Shown piece after piece: positions 9,062 through 18,696 of a stretch of DNA of 64,000 nucleotides. The notes beneath the pieces are model-generated. The model ran no database searches. It was given only the letters and a program-made list of their open reading frames with translations, and was not told the DNA's origin. Numbering within the stretch: position 1 is the stretch's first letter; every line of letters starts with the position of its first letter. A program made the translations under genes and the position numbers. Source of the stretch: Halobacteriovoraceae bacterium (lineage in GTDB: Bacteria; Bdellovibrionota; Bacteriovoracia; Bacteriovoracales; Bacteriovoracaceae); assembly GCA_002706205.1 (NCBI GenBank), contig PAKC01000068.1, positions 21,259 to 85,258 of the forward strand. Reading direction: 5' to 3'.

Positions 9062-9153
9062 AAAAGCACTCCAGAGGTTCGTTACTAAGTTTGAGTTTTC
9101 TCTTCTATCCCCACCGTAGTCGGACGGTTAAAAAACGATACCACTCATATCCA

Positions 9154-10026
9154 TTAAATTTTTAAAGCTTTATTAATTTTATCAGAAGCCTTTTTATAAA
9201 TATCGTACTTCCCTAAAAAGAAACGTAATAAATAATAATCTATAAATCTCACCACAGGTAAACCAAAAATAGAAATGGCCAAAGAAGTCAATAATCCTAT
9301 AAAAACAAGTTGAGTTCCATTAGGATTATTTTGTAAAAACAAATTTGGGGTATTCATTCCAAAAAATCCCACAATTAAATTTAAAGGCAAAAAAACTGCT
9401 GATAAAAGAGTTAACATAAAAATATTTTTATTCAGCCTATCATTTTTGATAGAACTATAATAATGATGAATAGCATCTAGTCGTGCTAAAAAATGTGTCG
9501 TATTCGTCAAACTTAATTGGACCTCTTCCAATAAAGAGTGAAACTCTTGCTCAGGGAAGCTTTCGACCTTAGCAAAGTGTTTATAAAACTCCTTTAAGAC
9601 GCGAATATGTCGCGTATAATGCCTTTCTATTCGGGAAAGATCTTTTTTCAAGTCAAACCAAACATCCATGAAAACACGATGAGACTTACGTTCGAAGAGA
9701 ATATCTTCAAGTTCATCAATTTCGTCTCCAAAACTATCTATAATATCAGTATTTTGTTTATAGATAGGTTCAACAACTGAAACAAAATCTGAAATTCCTT
9801 TTTCATATTGAATAAAGTCTTTCTCACCTCTATTGTAATGATAAAAGCCCCCCTCATTATTAAATAAAAAGCCACGTGACCTATATTCCAAGCCTTCCTT
9901 AGAGATTTTAAAGCCTCGAATAATCAATATTTTATAATTTTTATGAGTATAAAATACTGAATAATGATCCTTTTCATTTAAATCTTCAATATGTAGGGGG
10001 TCAACGACTTCTCTAAGGTCACTCAT
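9154..10026 (-). CDS. CorA-family divalent cation (Mg/Co) transporter
   Basis: C-terminal two TM helices with the signature LPLNLIVGFFGMN. Confidence 0.75.
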   Translation of the reverse strand: MSDLREVVDPLHIEDLNEKDHYSVFYTHKNYKILIIRGFKISKEGLEYRSRGFLFNNEGGFYHYNRGEKDFIQYEKGISDFVSVVEPIYKQNTDIIDSFGDEIDELEDILFERKSHRVFMDVWFDLKKDLSRIERHYTRHIRVLKEFYKHFAKVESFPEQEFHSLLEEVQLSLTNTTHFLARLDAIHHYYSSIKNDRLNKNIFMLTLLSAVFLPLNLIVGFFGMNTPNLFLQNNPNGTQLVFIGLLTSLAISIFGLPVVRFIDYYLLRFFLGKYDIYKKASDKINKALKI

Positions 10027-10604
10027 AAATTTTTCTCTGCTTTGTTAGCAATAAGTTGCTCTATACGAGGGTGCACATATTGAGAAACTTTCTCTCCCAA
10101 TAAGGCCAACTCCCTTACAATGGTTGAACTAATAGTTGCATAGTGAGGCTTAGTAAACATGCAAATCGTTTCAATATTTTTACTAATCCCACGATTCCCA
10201 ACTGAAAGTTCAAATTCAAGTTGGTAGTCTGAACTACTTCGTAAGCCACGAATTAAAAAACTGGCCCCAACATCTTTAGCAAACCTTGCCGTACTTCCTT
10301 CGATGACTTCAAGCTTCACATTATCTAATTTATAATGTTCTAAATAAATCTGCATCATTTCTAATTTATCATCTTCAGAAAAAAGTGACTTTTTCTTTGA
10401 ATTTTTAGCAATAATCCAATAGACCTTTTTGAATTTTTTAGCGGCTCTCATCATAATATCAGCATGTCCCCATGTCGGAGGGTCTGCACTAATGGCATAG
10501 ACTGCAATCGCCTGTGCACTCATTTTTCTATAGGCTTGTTCTAAAATTTTTTCATCTACTTCAACTTGACTAAAGTACTGCTTTTTCCAACTAGGGTAAT
10601 CCAT
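10023..10604 (-). CDS. coaD: phosphopantetheine adenylyltransferase
   Basis: Nucleotidyltransferase block PPTWGH (T/HxGH). Also LIRGLRSSSDYQLEFELS and ISSTIVRE, which are typical of CoaD. It carries an N-terminal extension of about 30 aa. Confidence 0.75.
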   Translation of the reverse strand: MDYPSWKKQYFSQVEVDEKILEQAYRKMSAQAIAVYAISADPPTWGHADIMMRAAKKFKKVYWIIAKNSKKKSLFSEDDKLEMMQIYLEHYKLDNVKLEVIEGSTARFAKDVGASFLIRGLRSSSDYQLEFELSVGNRGISKNIETICMFTKPHYATISSTIVRELALLGEKVSQYVHPRIEQLIANKAEKNL

Positions 10605-10680
10605 GTTTGCCTCTTAGTTTAAAGATATCTTCAGTTTTATTTTAAACATAAATTAACTTAAAGACCAACTTAAGACAGTT

Positions 10681-12285
10681 TTATTGAAAAGAAAGATCAT
10701 AAGGGCCAATAACTTGGTCATCAAAAACAACTTCTTTTGCTGTAAGATTAAAAATAACTCTTATTGTACTTTCTTCATAGCTACGATCAAAAATTAAAAG
10801 TTGAGGATGTTTATCGATAATTTTAAACTCCCCTTTAGGGTGAAAAGCTTTATGATTATTTTTAAAACGAATAAGTTCTATCAATCCTTTTCGACAAGCT
10901 TCGGCAAAAGGGTCTTTCATTAAAGGATATTCAAACTTTTTTCTATTTAAGCGGCGTGCAATTCCACTTTGAGCATGGCCATCCTGCCAATTTTGAGTTC
11001 CAAAAAAATTATGCACATAATGAGCACCAATGCCTGGAAAAAACATGGCCAGAGCATGTGAGTGAACTATTTTCTTTAGATAGACATCATTTTCAAGCTT
11101 ATTATCATTTAAATAACTGGCCCAAGTAATATTCAATTCATATGGTCTAATTTCACCATTTCGACTTCTTTTTAAACCAACAACTCCTCCTTTTTCAACG
11201 GTAATTTTTCCCATAGTTTTAACATCTTCTTCTGGGACAAGGCCTTCTAATCCTCTAACTCCAATACCATCATGAGTTGCTGTAAAATTAAAAAAATGAT
11301 TATTAGGATGAATATCAAAAACATTTGTCGCCCATTTATTAAAATAGGCATTTGTTTCAAAAGTCATTGCATGCAATAAAAGTGGTGCCAAAGAAAAATT
11401 ATAAATAATATGAGCTTCATCCTCACCGTTGCCCCAATAGGTAATATTCTCTTGATGAGGAACATTGCTTTCAGTAATAATTTTCAAACCAGAACCAATA
11501 GAGTCAACAATGGCCCTTAAAAGTTTTACAAAATTATGCGTATGAGGCAAATGAGAACAATTTGTTCCTAATTCTTTCCACAAAAAAGGAACTGCATCTA
11601 TACGAAAAAATGTGGCACCTTTTTCAATATAAAGAAAGAAGCATTCTAAAACATATTGCATCATTTGGGGGTTTTTCAAGTTAGTATCAACTTGATCTTC
11701 ACTAAAAGTCGTCCATGCAAACTTCTTTTCAGTTCCAAAGATAAAAGGGGTGAAAAGGGCCGAAACTCTTGGGCGAACAACTTTTGTTATCGCCTCTTGA
11801 AATTCTTTAGTTTGGAAAGTACTTTCATTATAAACATGAAACATCTCTTCACATTCAGGCTCTCCACTCAAAGCTTTTTGAAAGAAAGGATTTTGCTGTG
11901 ACAGATGATTAAATATACAGTCAAACATCAAGTTAGCATTCAAAGACTCAATATCAGACCATGCTCCATATTCACTGGCCACTTCATGATAATTAATGGC
12001 AGAAAAACCGTCATCTGAGGTCCAAGGATAAAAGGGTAAAATATGGACGTGGGAGCAACAACCTTCGAGCTCATTCTCCATAAACTCACTCAAATAGGCT
12101 AAATTACTTTTTTCTCTTCCTGAGAATTGGTCAGGATAAGTTATCAACACAGTACTTTTTTCACTAAAGTCTTCTGATTTAAGAGTTTGCCGCTTAGAAA
12201 GCTCTTCAATTCTTTGATTAATATATTGCTCAAGAAAAACAAAATCTGGATTTAATGTTATTAATAAATCTTTTATTCTACTCAC
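10681..12285 (-). CDS. GH13 sucrose-phosphorylase-family sugar phosphorylase (glucosylglycerate phosphorylase candidate)
   Basis: Nucleophile block FFRIDAVPFLWK, acid/base region IITESN, and the ATHDGIGV block typical of the sucrose phosphorylase subfamily. It overlaps the glycerate kinase gene by 8 nt. Confidence 0.75.
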   Translation of the reverse strand: MSRIKDLLITLNPDFVFLEQYINQRIEELSKRQTLKSEDFSEKSTVLITYPDQFSGREKSNLAYLSEFMENELEGCCSHVHILPFYPWTSDDGFSAINYHEVASEYGAWSDIESLNANLMFDCIFNHLSQQNPFFQKALSGEPECEEMFHVYNESTFQTKEFQEAITKVVRPRVSALFTPFIFGTEKKFAWTTFSEDQVDTNLKNPQMMQYVLECFFLYIEKGATFFRIDAVPFLWKELGTNCSHLPHTHNFVKLLRAIVDSIGSGLKIITESNVPHQENITYWGNGEDEAHIIYNFSLAPLLLHAMTFETNAYFNKWATNVFDIHPNNHFFNFTATHDGIGVRGLEGLVPEEDVKTMGKITVEKGGVVGLKRSRNGEIRPYELNITWASYLNDNKLENDVYLKKIVHSHALAMFFPGIGAHYVHNFFGTQNWQDGHAQSGIARRLNRKKFEYPLMKDPFAEACRKGLIELIRFKNNHKAFHPKGEFKIIDKHPQLLIFDRSYEESTIRVIFNLTAKEVVFDDQVIGPYDLSFQ

Positions 12286-13492
12286 GCCACATGGCCCTTA
12301 TATCCATAACATTTGTACGAGTTGGCCCTGTTTTAATCAAACTACCAATCTTTTCAAAAAAAGTATAGGAATCAAAATTTCTTAAATATTGTACACTATC
12401 TAGCTTAGAGTACAATGCATAATTAATATAGGCGCCCGCTGCGTCAGTAGGACCATCTGTTCCATCTGTTCCAAAACTTAAAATGTGAATATCCCTATTC
12501 TCTTCAAAGCGATAAAGCTCTGAGGCCATAGCTAAAACATAATGGGTATTTCTTCCACCTTTACCTGCCTGAGGAGGAACTGTTAAAGTCGCCTCACCTC
12601 CGCTCAAAAAAGTATATCCTTTACTTGGTAAGTCTTTTTTTTGTAAAGAAATTAACTCTTCTAATCCTCCATCATAAATACCTTTATTTATCATTTTTTG
12701 TGGAACACTCATAAGCTGAAGTAAAATTTCTGCACTCTGAGAAATATAAGACTTTACATTAACAACAGAGTTGTCTGTCTCATTAAGCTTAATATCAAAT
12801 TTTTCTAAATAAGAATTCACTTCTCTAAGATTGATATTCTTACTTAACAATGGCCCAGAACCTACATCAGATAAATCAGCATTAGGAATATCACAAGTTA
12901 TAAATTGAATTATATTATCTGTAGGAATATAATTTCTTAACCCCCCATTTTTAATTTGAGATATTGACTTCCTCACCTGATTCATTGCATTGATATTCAT
13001 ACCGCTAGCTAATAAGTCTTGATGAATAACCCTTAGCGTCGAAAACTTCATCTGCTTAAGAGGCAATTCAAGTAAAGAGCTTGCACCGCCAGATAATAAG
13101 AAAAATAAACAATCTTGGTTTTTAATTTTTTTAAGCTCTCTTAGAAAAAGACTTGTTTTTTCTAGATTCTCAGCACTGATAACGGGATGAGTTCCCTCAA
13201 ACTGCAATAAACCTTTTTCCTCCACAGTGTGATTTATCTTAGTATAACTCACACAATGACCAAGCTTATCTTGCAAACCATTTTTGATAAATAATTCTCT
13301 TAGCGCTTGAACTTCATAACTGGCCGCTTTACCTACCCCAAAGATATGTATTTTAGCAGGAAGGTTATATGTATCATCTTTTATTCTGACACTATTATGA
13401 TAAAATTTTATCATATGTGAATAATTATTTATGGGACTCAGATGCAATAGTGTATCTGAAATAATTTTTTTTGCTATCTTAGGTAACGTCAT
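12278..13492 (-). CDS. glycerate 2-kinase (DUF4147 + MOFRL type)
   Basis: FGVGKAAS, GGEATLTV..GKGGRNTHYVLA and GTDGTDGPTDAAGA blocks. I prefer ATG 13490-13492 to the TTG at 13496-13498 used in the track. Confidence 0.75.
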   Translation of the reverse strand: MTLPKIAKKIISDTLLHLSPINNYSHMIKFYHNSVRIKDDTYNLPAKIHIFGVGKAASYEVQALRELFIKNGLQDKLGHCVSYTKINHTVEEKGLLQFEGTHPVISAENLEKTSLFLRELKKIKNQDCLFFLLSGGASSLLELPLKQMKFSTLRVIHQDLLASGMNINAMNQVRKSISQIKNGGLRNYIPTDNIIQFITCDIPNADLSDVGSGPLLSKNINLREVNSYLEKFDIKLNETDNSVVNVKSYISQSAEILLQLMSVPQKMINKGIYDGGLEELISLQKKDLPSKGYTFLSGGEATLTVPPQAGKGGRNTHYVLAMASELYRFEENRDIHILSFGTDGTDGPTDAAGAYINYALYSKLDSVQYLRNFDSYTFFEKIGSLIKTGPTRTNVMDIRAMWRE

Positions 13493-15094
13493 ATGCAACT
13501 ACATTTTCTTGATTGGACAATTATCATCCTATACCTGATCGGTATGATTGGTCTAAGTTTTTTTCTGGCAAAAGGCCAAAAAAACAAAAAAGACTATTAT
13601 CTTGGTGGAAATAATACAGGAGCCTGGCCAATTGCCATTTCAACGATGGCCACTCAATGTTCTACAAACTCAATTCTTGGAGCTCCCGCCTTTGTTGCTT
13701 TTTCCATCGGTGGAGGGATGCTTTGGTTACAATATGAGTTGGCCGTACCTTTTGCCATGATCTTTCTTATGATCTTTTTACTTCCACTCTATAGAAAATT
13801 AGGGATTATTTCTGTCTATGCTTATTTAGAAAAGCGTTTTGATAAAAAAACAAGACTAAGCCTTTCTTTGTTATTTCAATTTATAAGGGCCTTTGCTACC
13901 GGTGTTACTGTCTATGGAATATCAATTGTGATTGCCTATTGCACTGGAATCAGCTTCACACTGGCCGTTATCATGTTAGGTGTTATCACCATTATTTATG
14001 ACTCTATTGGAGGGATGAAAGCAGTTATTTATTCAGATGTTATTCAAATGATCATTCTTTATCTTGCTATCTTTATAACTATATTTGTCGCAATTTCTCT
14101 TTGTGGAGGTTTTTCAGAAACACTTGCCAGCTTTTCCTCACAAAGAATGCGGGCGATAGATTTTAGTTCAGCTGGTTTTGATGGAAATAGTTTTACCTTT
14201 CTTCCTATGCTTATTGGAGGTTTTTTTCTCTATGTCTCATATTATGGTTGTGACCAATCACAAGTACAAAGAGAACTCTCAACGAAAAGTGTTGATGATA
14301 CGAATAAGGCCTTATTTCTTAATGGTATATTGCGTTTTCCTTTGGTTTTAACCTATTGCTTTTTAGGCATATGCATTGGGGCTTATGTTGCAAAACACCC
14401 TGAGTTTATAAAGCTTCTTCCGCTAGAAAATGGTAACCCAAACTATAATTTATCAGTTCCTGTTTTTGTCATCAAATACTTTCCAATTGGAGCCGTCGGC
14501 TTGGTCATGGTAGGACTTTTCTCAGCTGCAATGTCCTCACTCGACTCTACTATAAACTCTTTATCCGCAACAACAATGCAAGATGTTTTTAAAAGTTATC
14601 TCCAAAAAGATTTTTCTGAAAAACAAGAACTTCTTGCTTCCAAAGCCCTCACTATCTTCTGGGGTTCTGTTTGTACTTTTTTTGCTTTTTATGTTGGAAA
14701 TATTTCGGACTCCATTATTGTTTCTATGAATAAAATTGGCTCTTTGGCCAATGGGCCTATCTTAGGAGTTTTTCTACTGGGAATTTTAACTCAAAAAGTC
14801 AATGGCACAGGGGCCATTACAGGACTGGTTTTGGGCTTTATGACTAATGTTATCTTTTGGGTATTTATTCCAGATGTTAGCTGGCCATGGTGGAATGTTA
14901 TAGGCTGCCTTATTTGCTTTGGAATTGGATACCTTAGCACTATATTCAAAACCGAAACAAAAGAAGTAGAACAATACACCTTTAAACACTTCCAAAAAAA
15001 CTCTAAAGATATTTTTAAAACTGATTGGAAAAAATACTATTACATACTTGCAATCTGGGGCCTATTTATCTTTACTCTCTGTCTACTCTTTTAA
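13493..15094 (+). CDS. sodium:solute symporter (SSS) family transporter
   Basis: About 13 predicted TM segments. The N-terminus FLDWTIIILYLIGMIGLSF and the overall layout are typical of SSS permeases. Confidence 0.75.
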   Translation: MQLHFLDWTIIILYLIGMIGLSFFLAKGQKNKKDYYLGGNNTGAWPIAISTMATQCSTNSILGAPAFVAFSIGGGMLWLQYELAVPFAMIFLMIFLLPLYRKLGIISVYAYLEKRFDKKTRLSLSLLFQFIRAFATGVTVYGISIVIAYCTGISFTLAVIMLGVITIIYDSIGGMKAVIYSDVIQMIILYLAIFITIFVAISLCGGFSETLASFSSQRMRAIDFSSAGFDGNSFTFLPMLIGGFFLYVSYYGCDQSQVQRELSTKSVDDTNKALFLNGILRFPLVLTYCFLGICIGAYVAKHPEFIKLLPLENGNPNYNLSVPVFVIKYFPIGAVGLVMVGLFSAAMSSLDSTINSLSATTMQDVFKSYLQKDFSEKQELLASKALTIFWGSVCTFFAFYVGNISDSIIVSMNKIGSLANGPILGVFLLGILTQKVNGTGAITGLVLGFMTNVIFWVFIPDVSWPWWNVIGCLICFGIGYLSTIFKTETKEVEQYTFKHFQKNSKDIFKTDWKKYYYILAIWGLFIFTLCLLF

Positions 15095-16812
15095 TAGCAA
15101 TCAATTAAAGGAAGCTGCTGACAAACCTTGGGAGATTTATCTAAGTTTCCATACAAAGTAATATTTAAATAATTTTTCACATTATAAAGCGAATTAAAGT
15201 CAACGATTTGATTTTCTGAAACATCTATATAATTGAGTTTTTCTAACGTTTCAATTCCATCTAAGCTCTCTAATTTATTATTTGAAATATATAAAGACTC
15301 AAGCTTGCTCATTTGACTTAGACCAGAGAGGTCTTTTAAATTATTATAATCAAGATATAATAAAGTAAACTCATGATATTCTTTAATAAGATTTAAATTT
15401 TCTAACCCCATCCCACTCAAATTCAATGACGTCATTGACTTCAGTCCAATATGAAGTTGTAAACAATCCTCTTTGCCTTGAATAAGTCTAACTTCATCTA
15501 TAACTTCTTGCGTGCTGACTGGTTCATTTTCATAATTCATACAAGCTTGAAAAAAATGAGTTTTAAAATGATTATGCTTTTGCTTCTTTCTTCCAATTAA
15601 CTTGTTGGCCTTAATTTCACTTATCTGTGCCAAAGAAATATTATTTCCTGTAATATCCAGTTCAGCAAAAGAATGAGTTTTTGTAAGAGCAGAAATATCT
15701 TGAATTTGGTTATCGCTGAGGTCTAATTTTGTAAGAGAAGAAAAAAACTTTAAAAGTTTCACATCTACTAAAAACTCATTGCTTAAATTAAGCTGCTGAA
15801 CTTTCTTTCTGATCAAATCTAATTGCCTACAACTTGTCACATTTAAATTTCGAAACAAAGCCTCAACCGTAAGTCGAGTTTTTCCCTGCGCCATCAAACA
15901 AGCATCGAGAAACGATTGATCATCTTGAGAAGATATTTGTTGTGAACAAATAAACTCAAAATCACCTATACTCACTCCTGTCTTTGACTTAACCCAACAC
16001 AGACTATCTGGAATCAAACTATAATAAGTTAAAGATTCTTCTCCAGCACATTTTCCCTTAACACGGCTTGCCGCACCGATCAAATAAGCTTGATTATCTA
16101 TATGAACAAGAGCAGGCCCCCCACTATCACCTTGGCAAGCTCCTTTACCACTTTTATTTAAAACAATTTCATTGGCATAAACTTCTACCAAAGGCATTTG
16201 AGTTTTATACTTAACTCCCACTTTTTTTTCAATATCACCCAGTTGACCAAAAACATTCTTTCGATGTCCAAAACCAATAATTTCAACCTGCTTACCAACC
16301 TGGAGTGCTGCTTTTAAATCAGAAACTGATGTCAATAAAGCTAATGGTTTTAAAAAAAGTATTGGTTTTTTGAGTTCAATTAAGGCCAGATCATTTTTTC
16401 CACGATAATGATTTCGATAAGCAGGATGCGTAAAAATATTCGCAATTTCATACTGTCCCTTAAATAGACCCTCTTCCTCTCCTGTACCAATATAAATTTT
16501 AGTTTCTAAAATAAACTCTTCCATGCTTTTAAACTGCTGAGGTAACTCAACCGGAAGTATACAATGGGCCGCTGTAAGAATATATTGTGAATCAATAAGA
16601 CTTCCAGAACATAAAACCTTCCCCTTATAAGTTATCGCAACGACTGAATGATATTCAGGACTTACAACCTTCTGTCCACCAATGATGGAAGAAACCACTG
16701 TTTTAAAAGGTGGTAATTGTGACTTTTCTTCCATAGAGCAGCTTAAAAAAAAGAAGAAAAAAATAAGAAAACTAAATTTTTGCATAAAACCCTTACATAA
16801 TGTGAAAAGCAT
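15091..16812 (-). CDS. trypsin-like (S1) serine protease fused to a C-terminal leucine-rich-repeat domain; probable lipoprotein
   Basis: Catalytic blocks LTAAHC, NDLALIEL and GDSGGP. The C-terminal half carries repeated LxxLxLxxNxIxD units, for example LDLSDNQIQDISAL and LYISNNKLESLDGI. Lipobox FFLSC. A likely alternative start is Met10 at 16785. Confidence 0.8.
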   Translation of the reverse strand: MLFTLCKGFMQKFSFLIFFFFFLSCSMEEKSQLPPFKTVVSSIIGGQKVVSPEYHSVVAITYKGKVLCSGSLIDSQYILTAAHCILPVELPQQFKSMEEFILETKIYIGTGEEEGLFKGQYEIANIFTHPAYRNHYRGKNDLALIELKKPILFLKPLALLTSVSDLKAALQVGKQVEIIGFGHRKNVFGQLGDIEKKVGVKYKTQMPLVEVYANEIVLNKSGKGACQGDSGGPALVHIDNQAYLIGAASRVKGKCAGEESLTYYSLIPDSLCWVKSKTGVSIGDFEFICSQQISSQDDQSFLDACLMAQGKTRLTVEALFRNLNVTSCRQLDLIRKKVQQLNLSNEFLVDVKLLKFFSSLTKLDLSDNQIQDISALTKTHSFAELDITGNNISLAQISEIKANKLIGRKKQKHNHFKTHFFQACMNYENEPVSTQEVIDEVRLIQGKEDCLQLHIGLKSMTSLNLSGMGLENLNLIKEYHEFTLLYLDYNNLKDLSGLSQMSKLESLYISNNKLESLDGIETLEKLNYIDVSENQIVDFNSLYNVKNYLNITLYGNLDKSPKVCQQLPLIDCY

Positions 16813-16926
16813 AATCCAAATAAGAAAAAATCATAGAATTGATGAAAATTTTATAGGTTTCAATTAAAAGTAACGCACAGCAGCCTTTTTTTAGCTATAC
16901 TCAATGAAAATAGATGGAGATCAATT

Positions 16927-18696
16927 ATGACTGTGAAACAGGACAAAACAACCTTAGTGGATATCTTATTTAAAAACCACTCCGTGCATGATCATTTCAT
17001 CAGCTTTCTTTTAGCTAATGGGCAAAAAGTGGATTTCCAACGCGAGCTAATTAAACAAAAATCTACCCATCTTGCGACAAAAATTAAAAGTGTCGCAGCT
17101 GATGAAAATATTCTTTTGGAAGGAAGTAATTCCCTAGACTTTATTATTCATTTTTTTGCTATCATTTTAAGTGGCAATACACCTGTGCCGGTCACCACAA
17201 GTTTATGGATCAATGAAAAACGTTATCAAGAAACTATAAAAAGTATCAAAGAAACAACAAAGGCAAAAATTATTTTAGGAAGTAAACTAGATAAAGGCCT
17301 TCACAGTAAACTAGGTTTAAAAACCTATAATTATAATGACTGGGAAGAAATTCCGGCCATAAATAAGGACTTATCATTTCCTAATCCTACTGATACTGCT
17401 TTTATTCAATTCTCCTCAGGCAGTACTGGTAATCCCAAAGGAGTTGTTCTTTCCCATTACAATGTCATCGCCAATATCAAACAGATTACTGAAGCCATTG
17501 ATAATAAAGAATTAGGAAATACTGTTCTCTCTTGGCTTCCAGTACATCATGATATGGGTCTTATCGGAGGCTTGCTCGTTCCCTTATATAATCAATATAA
17601 AGTTTATATCATGACTCCTTATGACTTCGCGGTTAATCCTGCAAGATGGCTCAAGGCCATCTCCCAATATAAGGCGAACATCATTGTGGGGCCAAACTCT
17701 GCATATAATATGACAGCAAAAAAGGTAAAACAAAAAACCAAAGAAAGTCTTAATTTATCATCGGTAAGAATCGCTTTATGTGGAGCAGAGCCAATAAATG
17801 CCCAAACTCTTGATTTCTTCTATCGAGAGTTTAAGCAGTGTGGCCTTCAAAAAGAAGCTTTTGTTCCCTGTTACGGAATGGCAGAAAACACACTTGCCAT
17901 CAGCTTTCATCAAGGCGGTACCGCTTTTAAAACTGAAAAGATCTCTAAAAGATCTATGCTTTCTTTAGGAGTCGCGACAGCTTGTGAAGGAGATGATTGT
18001 TTAGAATATGTCTCTTGTGGTCAGCCCCTTAACCATGTTGATATTAAAATTGTGGATAACGATGGCCAAACTTTACCAGAAAGACATGTGGGAAATATTC
18101 TTGTCAAAAGTCCTTCTACAACCCAAGGCTATTACCAAAGAGACGATTTAAATAAAGATCTCTTTCATAATGGATATTTAAAAACAGGCGACCTTGGCTA
18201 TATAAGCAACAAAGAAATTTTTGTCACGGGTAGAAAAAAAGATCTTATTATTGTCAATGGCATTAATATCAACGCCGAGGAGATTGAGGCTTACGCAATT
18301 CGCATGAAAGAAATTAAGCCTGGTAGACTCGCTGCTTTTGCTCTTAAAGATAGTAAAACTGATAGTGAAAAAATCCACTTAGTGATAGAAACACGTCGAG
18401 AATACCAATACTTACTTCCTAGAAAAAGAAAACAGCTACAAAAAAAGGTATCAGATACAATATCAAATTTTTTTCCTATAAAAGAAGAGCAAGTTTCTAT
18501 TGTCCCCCCAGGTAGTATCAAAAAAACAACTTCAGGCAAGGTTCAACGCTCTAAAATGAAACAATTATTTCTTAATGGGAAATTAAAATCAGAAAATTTT
18601 ATTCTCAATTTTTTTCTAGGCCAGATGCGTGAGAATCAAATAAAACTCAAAGTCTTCATAACAGGATTAAAGCCACGAAATTTTAAGGGAGCTTAA
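16927..18696 (+). CDS. fatty acyl-AMP ligase (FAAL, FadD32-like ANL enzyme)
   Basis: FSSGSTGNPKGVVLSHYN, YGMAENT, TGDLGY, GRKKDLIIVNGINI and TSGKVQRS blocks. GGAG RBS 8 nt upstream. Confidence 0.8.
   Translation: MTVKQDKTTLVDILFKNHSVHDHFISFLLANGQKVDFQRELIKQKSTHLATKIKSVAADENILLEGSNSLDFIIHFFAIILSGNTPVPVTTSLWINEKRYQETIKSIKETTKAKIILGSKLDKGLHSKLGLKTYNYNDWEEIPAINKDLSFPNPTDTAFIQFSSGSTGNPKGVVLSHYNVIANIKQITEAIDNKELGNTVLSWLPVHHDMGLIGGLLVPLYNQYKVYIMTPYDFAVNPARWLKAISQYKANIIVGPNSAYNMTAKKVKQKTKESLNLSSVRIALCGAEPINAQTLDFFYREFKQCGLQKEAFVPCYGMAENTLAISFHQGGTAFKTEKISKRSMLSLGVATACEGDDCLEYVSCGQPLNHVDIKIVDNDGQTLPERHVGNILVKSPSTTQGYYQRDDLNKDLFHNGYLKTGDLGYISNKEIFVTGRKKDLIIVNGININAEEIEAYAIRMKEIKPGRLAAFALKDSKTDSEKIHLVIETRREYQYLLPRKRKQLQKKVSDTISNFFPIKEEQVSIVPPGSIKKTTSGKVQRSKMKQLFLNGKLKSENFILNFFLGQMRENQIKLKVFITGLKPRNFKGA

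Noticed and set aside
9062-9153. Possible small RNA or tRNA in the 127-nt gap between the small-protein pair and corA, suggested by the hairpin ACCGT-AGTCGG-ACGGT.
   Set aside because: No cloverleaf can be drawn. The stem is only 5 bp and there is no T-run, so the evidence is insufficient.
16735-16775. Purine-rich A/G homopolymer tract that looks like a simple repeat.
   Set aside because: It is the reverse complement of the codons for the poly-Phe hydrophobic core of the protease signal peptide (FLIFFFFFL), so it is coding rather than a repeat element.
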